Shown: positions 52,619 through 64,000, counted from the stretch's first letter. The stretch is 64,000 nucleotides of DNA from Balanoglossus misakiensis (GCA_040954595.2 CM082579.2:9413625-9477624); one strand, 5' to 3'. A program made the numbers and translations. The notes: a model not told the origin generated them from the sequence alone.

Positions 52619-52669
52619 GGGTCATGTGCTAGTTTGAAGAATGGGGTTCACTTAAGGTCACGTTGACCC
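52619..52669. promoter_or_regulatory. Composite nuclear-receptor response element (DR4 overlapping an ERE-like IR3) upstream of SLC13 copy A
   Basis: GGTTCA-ctta-AGGTCA-cgt-TGACCC at 52645-52669, plus half-site GGGTCA at 52619-52624, 90-140 nt upstream of the ATG. Confidence 0.55.
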
Positions 52670-54278
52670 CCCGATCTGGGCAGTTTAGATTTCTATGCGC
52701 TACCGCACCCAGATGAATACGGGTAATCACAGAGCAGACCGACTGGCAGTGCACTTTGGAAATCGTTGCGCACATCGAATATTTCTGACCTCTCACACAC
52801 CAGGGCAGGCCAAATGCATGTGCCTTGCCGGAAATATCACTATCCAACACTCCTACTTGATCCGAGATGTCGCTATAGATACATGTAGGCTATATGATAT
52901 ACCAAACGATTATCAGAATTAGTTATTACATACTTTTTTCACAAGGTAGTGTTTCATCGGCTGACACTCAGTGTCACGTGATGCAGAATGTGGTGAACTT
53001 CGTAGAAATGATGATTCACAAAGCCAAGCGAAACCAGGAAACGAAATACTTCGACGGGAAACAACACTTTCGCCGTCTTATCGTCTATTAAGTACGCGAA
53101 ATGGGTGTGTCGTGCTGCGTTCACAAACATATCCGGACTGAGATGTTAGGACGTGTGTGTGTGTGTATGGGGGGGGGGGGATAATTTCGAAATGATAGCC
53201 TTAAATTGACCATCTCTTGAGACATTCCCTTTGATGAAATTCCTTCAACCATGAAAGTCAGAATACTAGTAAACAAATTCAAATCCTGGATTGAACTACA
53301 CTGCCTACGACTGCAGGGAACAATGTAGGCCTATAATTTAATAAACGTAGCTGGATATACCGTGGTATACGCAACGGTAAAGGAGGTACAGACATCAAGG
53401 AAGTGGGCCAGAATGGGATCAACATTAACGCGGCCTTTGAGTTTGAATTTGAAAATTAGGAATACCGATCGTCCCAACGTAAATATGAATTAATTATTTT
53501 ATTGTTTAATGAGTCACACGAATTACGACCACAGAAATAAAGACCCGACGAATCATGTCACTATAGCTGAGGCAGGAACGAAGTTTCCTCGTCATCAAAG
53601 CGATGTTTATTCTGGCGGGGATTCCTCTCTCTTGGCATATCAGTTGTTGATGGCTAAAATGCATTCTTAATTTTCGCTATACAACTGCGGTTTCATACAG
53701 GGGTTTACCAGTTGCAGAACTTTTTCTTTATCATATTCTAGTAGTCCGTAATACTCTGTATTTTAGAACTGACGTCGGCCACTGCATGCGTTCAGGGGTG
53801 GGGCTTTGTTACTATATGTGTGTCATTTGACTTACGTGAACAAGTGAGACTTTTGCTTCACCTATTCAACAAGAAAACAAAAGAATAATGAAAAAGTCAA
53901 CACCTGTGTCGTCCGTCTTAACCTGCAACGTCAAGCCGTCCCCATGGCAACATGCAGCATAACAATATACATTGTAACGAGCATAATTATTCAATATAAG
54001 TTTACGCACTACACAGTTGTGCGCGACAGAAAACTTTTCAACGGCACGAGAGAACTAACTAGAATGTTTTTTATATGAGCGGGTTGGTTTTTGTGTACAA
54101 CAGTGTCCAGGTAAGTACACGATGTGACACTATATAGTTCTTACGCTCACAAGACTGGCAGTGTACAATGCTGTTGTTAAACACAGACAGATTTTCTTTG
54201 CAGTTAATGAGGAAATGTGTCATCACTAAGCCAAACGTGGCGATATGCGCTACGTTTTAACTGGTATATGCACATTTG

Positions 54279-54521
54279 TGTACGGCGTACACATGGGGGA
54301 AAGGTTCGGAATGAAGAGAGGGACGGGATGGCCAGTACTTCGGCGGGAAGGTCAAGCTTGTATGCGTCTTGTGAACGGGAAACCACTTAAAGAACAGACG
54401 GCCTTCACCAAAGAGCAAGAGCGAGAATTGAAGAAGGAACGACATTTGACTTCCCTCCGAAGTACTAGCCATCCCGTCTCTCTCTTCATTCCGAACCTTT
54501 CCCCCAAGTGTGCGCCGTACA
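54279..54521. mobile_element. 243-bp element with long TIRs, TGT...ACA ends and a 5-bp TSD (Ginger-like MITE)
   Basis: Arms 54279-54355 and 54446-54521 are inverted repeats (4 mismatches in the outer 65 bp). ATTTG is duplicated at 54274-54278 and 54522-54526. Confidence 0.8.
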
Positions 54522-54954
54522 ATTTGTTGAGTTATGTTCTGAGCTAATACTGAAATCGATTCAGACTACGAAAGTATTTATGAAACATTTGATCAGTGAG
54601 GTCTGAACGGGAAATTCTTTTATTGAGTACACATCCGCTTCCGGGTTCAGAGATTTTTGAAGCCTCCATAACGATTGCAGACCTCTTTGGACGAACTGTA
54701 TTGCTGTAAGATGCCCAGCACTGCTCTTCAACGATCTGACGGAGCCAATTTTCAAGTTCCGTCTTTCTCACATTCTTTCGTTGGTGTACAGTGGGCTAGT
54801 GGCAGTCACGACTCAAGATTTGCGTGTGTCAGTCCATCGATCGCCTGTCTATACTATATATATATATGTCTGTACATGCATATTTAATTCACTTTGCTAA
54901 ACGGCGTCTAATTATCATAAATATATGACACTTTTCAGTGGTTATTGTGAATTA

Positions 54955-55265
54955 TATTATACCAGTATATTGATGGTGTAAATCAAGCTATTTGATTGGT
55001 CGAGACACGACATGTGACCGTGATATATTAGCCATATACCACAGTCATATATCATAGTCAAAGAAAATGCCTTTTTAAAATGTTTTATGCAAAGTTTCAA
55101 TATACTGGCATAATATAATAGCAATAAAACACCCCCAGCCATGGTATACCACTCGATTTTGACCAGTTCAACTCCATATACGCACTCGCTATCGCTCGTG
55201 CGTATATGTCGTGAACTGGTCAAAATCTCGTGGTATACCATGGCTGGGGGTGTTTTATTGCTTAA
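54955..55265. mobile_element. Double-hairpin non-autonomous element, Crypton-like (copy 2)
   Basis: Same length and orientation as 38419-38729, with only a handful of substitutions. Confidence 0.75.
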
Positions 55266-55961
55266 TTATAGTTTGTCGATTACTGTGTGATGTATGTGTT
55301 CATATAAGCGTCGTACTTTTTGCCATAAGTGTTGCGTCGGACATATTTAGGTTGATTTTGACAGGACAATCAGTTTTGTGGTTGCCTGTTGTCACTTAAA
55401 CATATTGACCAATGCACACAACACATGGTTACTCCGGTACAGAGCAGTTATTTATATCGGAAAGCGATAACACTGGAATGTTGCCCCTACCGTTTGTTCT
55501 TATACTGACGTCATTGCAGCACCGTAAATGGCGAAAGGGGAGAAATTTGGAAATCACGAAGTGAATTGCTTGCGATTTTCTCTGAGATGAGATACATGCC
55601 CAGCACCTGTAGAACAAATTTCAACAAAACAGGGATTTCGAGCAAAATGTACATCTTGGGCGTCTAGTGAACAAATAATATGCATATGGCGCATATGACA
55701 AGTTTCGATGAACTTTCATACTAAGCTTATACTTCTTAAATGGGGCGTCAACCGTAGGCACTACCGCAGGCCTGACGAAAATGGGTACGAATTTCTCAGT
55801 GAAAAAGCCTACAGTGTGTGAACAACCATGGGGCGCCATGCCACTGAACAGAACTTCTGGATTTTTGCGCCATATAAATTTGTTCATTGATTGATTGAAG
55901 TTTGTGGACAATAAAAATACTTCATCGTCGCGAGTCTTCTTTGTTGTTCGACATCTGTTTG

Positions 55962-57471
55962 TCATCATGATCTTCCAAAACTATCGTTTCGAGCCCCAGT
56001 GTTTCGTGTTAGACATTCATGTCGGTGTCCGTACTTTTAGATAACATGCCTGAACAATTGCAGAGGGCGACCGATAATTAGGTAGCCTTCACTGACCACA
56101 ATCCCCAACAAGTGTATACTATGATCAATTTAGAACGACATGAACCCAAAACCCTCATGTTTTGCGATTGAAGAGTGCTATATTGCAAAACACTTATGTT
56201 GTATAGAATGTTATTGTCATACGTTTTCATTCAAACAATAATACCGATGTTTCCATTCACCAGATTATTCCATATTCTGCTGCTCGACAAGCACCCGGAA
56301 TCATCTCTTTCATCAGAATGTCCGACACCAAGTTATCACAGAAGTGGCTGTGCTAAGGACTACAACTTGGATGTAATTGTATCAGTCTAGACCACACAGA
56401 ATCCAGCTATCGGTAACTAGAAAATAAAGAGGAGGAGGAATATCGCGGAATTCACTCAAAGTTAAACAGGTAAGGATAGGTGTCGAGACGAAAAGGGCGA
56501 CACTCTGTGACTATTGCGGCAACAGACATACAGAGTGGGTCATGAGTTCGAACTAAACAGAAAATCACATTTCACTACCTAAATCGCTACACAATTTTGT
56601 GTCTCAGATGACCATGCGATGTTTGTGAAAAGGTTAATCCCCGCAAATTATAATGTATTGGAAAAGCTAGTCAGCGGGCAGAGTGGCTTGGGCAAGTAAC
56701 AGATATGAGCTGTTTCTTTAGTAGGCAGACATAGAGGCAAACTGGATCGTAGCTAAAGTTTGTCCTGGATTAAAACATGAATGTATGTATATAAACAGAT
56801 ACGAATGTAAAACACTAAGTGAATGTGATATTGGATGCCATTTGCCTAAAGTTGGTGGAAATGGCATGAAATATTATTATCGTCGCCAGTCTTTCTAATG
56901 CTGTTCGAAATCTTTTTTTTTTGCATCACGACCTTTCAAAACCTTCTTTTCGAGATCCAATGTTTTCATGTTAGACAACCATGTCTGTGCCCGCACTTTC
57001 AGATTAAAAATCTGGAGTACTGCGATTCTTATAGGTATACCCTTTACTAATCAATACTCTCGCGTAACACAACGTTCATTTCAAACGAGATGAATCCAAA
57101 CACGCACGTTTGGTAACTAAAGAGTACTATACTGTAGAGCATATATGTTTTATGTGACACTAATGTCATACATTTTATTCAGTCAATATTTCTGACATTT
57201 CCATATCCAGATTGTCTGTACCATTCTCGGGTTCTGGTGGACAGGTAAAGGTCAAACAAGTCATTCCAATAGTGTGCTGCTTGAATCGCCGCCTTAATGT
57301 CTGCCGCCAAACTATCGCTGAAGTGATTTTGCGCAAGATGACAACTTGGATTGAAGGTCTAGACTACACAAAATCCACCTAGAAAATCAAGAAAAGGAAG
57401 AAAAACGCAGATCCAATCTCACTCAAAGTTAACAAGCAAGGATCAGGGTCGGGGGCTGAAAGACCAAGACT
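55962..57471 (+). repeat. Diverged local duplication (about 540-bp blocks, about 960-bp offset) upstream of the caspase ORF
   Basis: 55962-56504 aligns by eye with 56923-57471 (shared TGTTAGACA, ACAACTTGGAT, TCTAGAC.ACACA.AATCCA, CTAGAAAAT, TCACTCAAAGTTAA). Confidence 0.75.
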
Positions 57472-57567
57472 TTTTGACGCGAAAGTCATGCGCCATTTGC
57501 TTCGACAGTAAGGGAAGTGAGAAAGATCCTCTCATACTCCGTGTAACCGAGCAAAAATCTGAGAAAG

Positions 57568-59476
57568 ATGGCTGAAGGACTGTGTCGACCCTCGCGCAAT
57601 TCTTTTCAAGATATTCTCGACGAGAGGAAAAAGGCAGACTCGCTTAGAGACGAAGAGAGTAAGCTAACAGCACGATATTTACCAAGAAAATTTTTCCCAA
57701 AGAAGCGATATTTTCCTATCATAAATGGAAAACGAAAGACAAAATACTCGGTTTCTAACCAAGTCGACCAAAGACATCAAAACCCACTACCCCTGCCCTA
57801 TCTGTCAAAAAGTATTAATAACACGAAGAAAAAGGCAGGCTCACTTACAGACGAAGAGAGTAAGCAAGATTTGCGTAGTCATTTGTTACCAGCAATTGTT
57901 CCTACCATTGAAAAAGAAAAAGTAGAAAACTCAGTTTCTATCAACTCAATTCATATCCAAAAGTCAGCCTCTATCGAAGAGATTTCTCAGGCTCTCCAGG
58001 TCGACCAAAGACATCAACAACCACAGACAAGATTTTCCAGACGACTTGTACTCCCACCACTGGACCACCATCGGTCAAAATGTATTAATAAAAAGAAGAA
58101 AAAACCAAAGGCTAAGGTCACGAGTTCCCCATATTTGATCGCAGCATCAATTGATCCAGCAAATATTTACTCAATGAAGAGTAAGCCACATGGCATGGCT
58201 GTCATTTTTGCCAACGAGAATTTTAAAGACAACGAACTCGAGAGAAGAATATGCACAGAAAGAGATATTGGTAAGTTATAGCAAAGTTGATTCTTGGTTT
58301 CTTACCTTTAAAACATGAATCAAGAGTATGTGCAAGTAAATTAGCCCATATATCTCTGCATATTATCTTATGTTAATATCAATTTCAATTTGTGGAGTGA
58401 CCATCATGTGATGTATGAAATATTCATTCTATATAAAACATTGGTGCTGATTTCAGAAATAGCATTCTTATTGATCCCACTCAAGACAAAATTGCCATTT
58501 GGGCCACTTTTCGCCCAAAAATATTCTGAATGGTAAAACAATTTTTCGGAATTGTCAATGAAAAACTGATTCCCTATGTCAGCTTCTCTTTGGTATCACA
58601 TTCGTGGTCCATGCCATTATTATGACAATCCCAGTGTATATGGTTTATAGTGAGTTGATTCGAAGATCTTTGATCGCAAGAATACTGAATAATATCAAAT
58701 AAGTACCACTGGTGAAGCAGAAAAGGGGTAAGACTAAATCTTGATATGGGATATTACACCCCACAAATGTGCTAGTTCATATGATAATCTTGGTTATATT
58801 TTCAGAAGGCATAACTGACGTCTTTCAAGATGACCTGGGTTACGAGGTTAAAACTTACAAGGACCTGACAAAACCAAGACTTATGAAGCGTCTTGAAAAA
58901 CTGAGAAGAATGGATCACAGCCGTTTTGATTCCTTCGTGTGTTTTCTGCTCTCGCACGGAGATGCAGAGCACATTGTCACTAGTGACTGCAATGGAGTGA
59001 GAATGGAAGATATCGAAGCTAAATTTAGAGCAAGTAAAAGTCCAACTCTGATAGGAAAGCCAAAGATGTTTTTCGTACAGGCCTGTCGGGGAGAGGATGA
59101 TCAGCGTTTCTATGTGCCAGAAGCGAATGTTCAGCCTGAAGATTGTGAGCATGACTATTACGAAGCTGACGGAGGAAAGCCAGTGGCAGTGGCCGAGCGT
59201 GCCGATTTTCTTGTAGCATTTTCATCGGCGTCGGGGACTATATCCTACCGAAACGAACACGGTTCGGTTTTTATCACGGAACTGACAAAAGCACTGAAGA
59301 AATATCGCTCCAGTCGCCACATCCTGGACATACTCACCATAGTGAATGACAAGGTGTCAGAAATATCAATACGCGTAAAAGGTGACACAGGTGGTCCACT
59401 CGCCCAAACTCCGGAACCGAGGTATACTTTGAGGAAATTCGTGTACTTCAAACCACCAAAGATTTATCGACCGTAA
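57568..59476 (+). CDS. Caspase with a caspase-8-like catalytic domain and a basic low-complexity prodomain, 2 coding exons, 457 aa
   Basis: Exons 57568-58270 and 58806-59476 (G|AA junction). YSMKSKPHGMAVIF, LLSHG (catalytic His), GKPKMFFVQACRG (catalytic Cys), ADFLVAFSS, SYRN, GSVFI, YTLRK. An in-frame TAA lies upstream at about 57544. Confidence 0.9.
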
Positions 59477-59546
59477 ACACTTTTCATAGACCGTACCAGA
59501 CTCACTGACTGACTCTCTCACTCAGTCAGTCAGTCACCCGGGTTCT

Positions 59547-59724
59547 GGTATACGGTCACCTATGCAAATTTAGCTACAGTTACCATGGCAAATAGAGATA
59601 AAGCCAGTCACAGATTTCCAGAGGATGGCACGCGCGAAAAAAGCAGCGCTCCCATTTGTCCTTAGGAACACTTAGATAGGCTATTTCTGCCATTTATATG
59701 TAATTTGGAGGTGATCGTGTACCT
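59547..59724. mobile_element. MITE family 2, diverged copy just 3' of the caspase stop
   Basis: GGTATACGGTCACCT...AGGTGATCGTGTACCT|TTAA, collinear with 51538-51714. Confidence 0.75.
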
Positions 59725-60820
59725 TTAATACTATACCTCAAAATATACGCAAGATGAATGGTCTTGTACATGTGCACTGTACTGGTGACATTTGATTCCG
59801 AGGTAATTTTATTCACACCAAAGTGATTGTAGTTCAATGACAGTACATTTACCGTGAGTTTTAACAAAATTAAGATATACATGTAACAATCAAAATGCCT
59901 CATTCACCGCTGTTACATTGGTCTATGTAAAATGAACATACTTTGGCCTATGTTAAGAACATTGGGGCGTGGCAACATTGCTGTTAATTCCTATAAGTTG
60001 TAAATAATGTAAAGCCCTGTACTTCGTAAATTTAAATAATGTAGCGATGGTCGATTCCGCCACAGAGAAAAAGACTTTCGATGTATATATCAAATCGAAT
60101 AACTGTTACAGCTAAACCATTGGCGGTTTTGATAAAACATTGAGTTATGAAAAGTGCATTTTATTTTTATTTTAAGCAGGTTGTCTGCCATGTCTTCAAT
60201 CCTGATCAGGTTTTTTACACCTTTAATGTCATTGTCGGAAAACAAAACTCTATAAAATACGTTCAGACACCTTTTTGTTCTTAAAGAAGTAAAACGGACA
60301 AAAAATTGTAGAAGCTAATTAAAATTCAAACTCCCAGACCAAGTGGAAAAAGTGAGCAGAGATAATGGCAGTTTAATATCACATTTAATCACATATTCGC
60401 TTGCCTAGTGTATCTGTATAACAAGTTCAATGCGTTCCTCTTGCGGCGTTGTTCAGCGGCCAAGACTGCCTTTAAATGAAAAGGGCATCTATACCTTAAT
60501 CCGCTTAACTCAAAACAATTCAAATCATGTTTTTACGTCCCTTTCTCTTCCACTCGTTATTTTGTTTAAGATATACACAAACCAAAGGACAATAAGCTGC
60601 CTTGTTTCAGGCTGTTCTCACAGAGTTTTATGTAACAGTTGCACAGGATAAACATCCCTACAAATTCAACACTATAAACACACAGTAAGAGCATTTGCGT
60701 GAAATATGCCACACCCGAAAAAAAACTAACTTCGTGCAATATATGTTCGGTTGAGTTAAGGCATCACCGATTTGTATGTATCAAAAGTAGACATATATAT
60801 AGAACGTATCGAATGTTAAC

Positions 60821-63800
60821 TTATATTGAGGATGTGATATTCGCCAAGGACGTTGGAGACGGAACTGATGTACTGTTGTCCGGCATTGCCCACGCAGGGA
60901 TGGTGTCTAAATTGAAGATGGTATATGCATAGCTGTTCCCGAGCAGATTAATAAAAGTCAGAGACAAGACGTTCATCATCCATCCGCCCTTGGCCTGTTG
61001 AGAAAAAAAAATAATAATTCAATTAAATATTGTTCGCTGAGGAACAGGAAAGAGATAGGTCCTTGTTAGGTTACCGGCTACACGTAGGCCGTTGGTTCTG
61101 TTCAATTTTCGATATATTCACTTGAATATGAACGGGTGGGTGTCGTCCCGTCTGCGACTGCGTATATGGGTCCCAGTTGCTTCCAAATCAAGGCAGGCAC
61201 AAAGTGCAATTTCTACAACGTATATCATTGCAAACAAATTGGCAGTTACTTTGTACTACACCGACTGTACGGCGTGGCAACGGGCCACTACGTTTTAATA
61301 AGAAATGTTCACTTTACTTACACATCTCACTGATCAGACAGTGTCGATGGTGTGGTGTGTTTATGAACAGGAAAGTCGCACATGTGCAGTTTAGACGATA
61401 CTCCCCCTTTTAACTTCTGTTTCGACGTCCGTTGGTGTTGTTAACGGTGTTTAAGTTGAGTCAAAACTATAGTCTGCTTTTATTGTGCGGTGTGTTTCTC
61501 TAATAAACAACTACACATATATATAATTGATCGAACTTTAACAAACAGAGCAATGCCCACCTTTTGTCAAAGCGTGTTCGTGTTCACGTGAAATTATGGT
61601 TTGAAATCTCTGACAACACATACGAGGGCAAGATATAATGGCAAGCTGTGGTATCTTCTGTAGTAATATTGGTATACCTTTTTCCTGTCTCATATTATTT
61701 TATACTAGTTAATTTATAGGAACAAATAAAAATTTGCAAGAGCATAAATTGCACGCACCCATGTGAATAACATTGACACTTACCATATCACCAAGTGTGA
61801 CGTCACCAGTGGAATAAAGCATCATCGTGACCGGTGAAGCAACGGGGAACATGAATGTGAGATTGGTACAAAACGCGGCTGGTATTATGTAATATAACGG
61901 GTGCACTGATGTCAGCCGAGCCTGAAAAAAATTAATAAATCCGTTTGATATTTTACTATAGATGCTGTACGCTTTGAGGAAGGTACAATGAAATATGTTA
62001 TCACACGAAAATGTCAATAAAAATGACAATAATGCAACTAAAAGTGTTTTTATTTTCTCTCTCCAAAATTCCATAAAAGCAGCTTGCATGTAGGTTTGGT
62101 GGAATGGCGTTTGGTGGTATCCTGTATCGAAGCAAACAAATATGATGACACTCGTTTCCATTGCAAGCATTTTCATAATTAAAAACTAGTATATATTTTT
62201 TCAAAATCCCATTAAAAATATTGAGATCACCACGACAATTTCATCATGATACTAATAATACTATTAATATAAAAGTCTTACCAACAATGTCATGATCGGG
62301 AATGAGGATACGAAAACCGGAACATTGCCCAAGATTTCTGTCAGAAGGCTTATTGTTATGGTAACAACGAGTAGAACTACCCAAGGCTGTTGATCCCCAA
62401 CGTGGTCACGGAAATACTCCTCTACAATACTTATAATGCCACTCTCCTATAGGAATAAAAAAATGAATGTCAAACACTGGAGCGTCATGTAGAAATCTGT
62501 TATTCGTTACACTAACCACCATTTTGCTTGTAAACTTAGCTTGTGTAGAAGATGCGTGTAGGCACAAAAACGAATTGCATGTCAAAAGCAGTGGCACCGC
62601 TGTTCTCAGTCGTCTTTGGCATCACTTGCTTCCTTCCACGAATGCTGTAATAAAGAATGATCTGTCTCGAAAGGACCAACGCAGTCCTGTAAGACGCCCC
62701 CAGATAGACGCGATCACTCATCCATGATTATATTGACCATCCCATATATCTATACCTATAAGGGAGTGTTCAAAATACATTTCCATGGAGGCCTTTGCAT
62801 AAGTCAATCCAAACGACATTCCACCAAATTTAATTGCAAATTGGTGCATCTCCCGTAGCACCATTATTTGTGAATCGCTGCACTCTCTCCATTTCAGACC
62901 ACCAACCCAAACGTCTTCAAGGAAATAATCAATTTCTGCCTCACCCTGATTCCATCCCCAATTGTGAAGTATCCACCAATAATTAGAATGAGACCCCATT
63001 GAGTCTTCTTGGCCACATAGTCCCATTCCAGTATAGTCCTCTTCCCATTACCACCTGTGTGTAATAAAATGATTGATGGTACAATATATCACACAGGAAA
63101 AATGAACGTAAAATGTTTAGGAACCTGTTATCTTCGTCAAGTCTTATACAAATAGCGATATCAAGGTTTCACACCAAAGCAACAATTACGCAAATGGGTG
63201 TACGTTCGCTAATATTGAGTGCGTGTCTACAAAACAGACTTACTTGGGGTACTACAGTCTGGCATGTCAAAGGGGACGATAAAGAAGATTATGACCACTG
63301 CAGATGTTATGCACGTTAGACTGGTGTATCTGTGAAAAGGGGGGGGGGGAATGATTAGATTAAATGATTAGATGACTAATTCGATGACTAGAGAGGTCAT
63401 GCTCATGTGTAATAACTATACAATTATGAAATGCACTATATACACACTCATCATTCCTATATAAGGAAAGCACCATGTAATAATATGCAAGCTAGTGAAA
63501 TCAACATTATCAAAGATGAGTTTCTCAACCGGCCAATTCGAACATCGTCTCCTACCTGGGCGGGAATAAAGACTTCCATCCTTTCATGAAGTTCAGGTCA
63601 GCGAAGAACAACATCAGTATGTAAAGGCAGAGGATGACAAGGGTCGCGCCTTCTGACCACCTGAGTTCAAGTACAAAAAAGAAGAAAGGAAAACCCCTTT
63701 TTCTCGTGCCAAATACTTCTTTACACGGGGGATGTTTCGACAAATTTAATAATGGAGAAATGAAGTTGGATTAGCATTATCAGTGTTTGAATTTTAAATT

Positions 63801-64000
63801 GTAGAATTGCATGCTACGTTTTTCATTCAATTCACCTCAGTCCCACATTTGTCAATTGTAAAATAATATCACTTTATCAGAAACGTCATGGTTTTATCCT
63901 AAACTTAACGAAAAACAATAAAGTTGATAATAAGTATCATTTACAAAAACAATTCCCGTGCACTGATTAATATACTCTGTCCATACTCACGTTATACTAC
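60821..64000 (-). CDS. SLC13 (DASS) family transporter, copy B, 3' exons only (5' part beyond the window)
   Basis: Exons 64000-63991 (partial), 63660-63556, 63329-63244, 63054-62945, 62446-62282 (LTEILGNV), 61921-61784, 60994-60821 (TAA). Exon sizes and phases match copy A exons 8-14, except one exon that is 3 nt shorter. Confidence 0.9.

Noticed and set aside
54204-54771. ORFs as possible upstream death-domain exons of the caspase
   Set aside because: Mostly derived from the inverted-repeat element, interrupted by stops, and with no DED/CARD pattern.

Overview
Intron-rich animal genomic DNA, probably a marine invertebrate deuterostome (inferred from gene families and repeat style; the species cannot be fixed from sequence alone). 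I reconstructed seven genes by hand with GT-AG exon chains. These are OBI1/RNF219 (minus, 6 exons, 823 aa) head-to-head with SLC10A7 (plus, 10 clear coding exons plus candidate alternative last exons), a P-loop sulfotransferase-like gene with a one-exon CDS, an ASBT/SOAT-like SLC10 symporter (3 exons), a complete 14-exon SLC13/DASS transporter, a caspase-8-like protease with no visible death-fold prodomain, and the 3' half of a second SLC13 paralog cut off by the window end. Non-coding DNA holds several MITE families, tandem repeats and microsatellites. Main leads, all hypotheses: (1) a possible nuclear-receptor-controlled sulfation/steroid-conjugate transport cluster; (2) OBI1-SLC10A7 as bystanders of an ancestral POU4 regulatory block; (3) SLC13 paralogs with rewritten ion/substrate-binding loops and a homogenised last exon; (4) a caspase prodomain built from tandem repeats. 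Comparisons to human proteins and gene order are from memory and need database confirmation.
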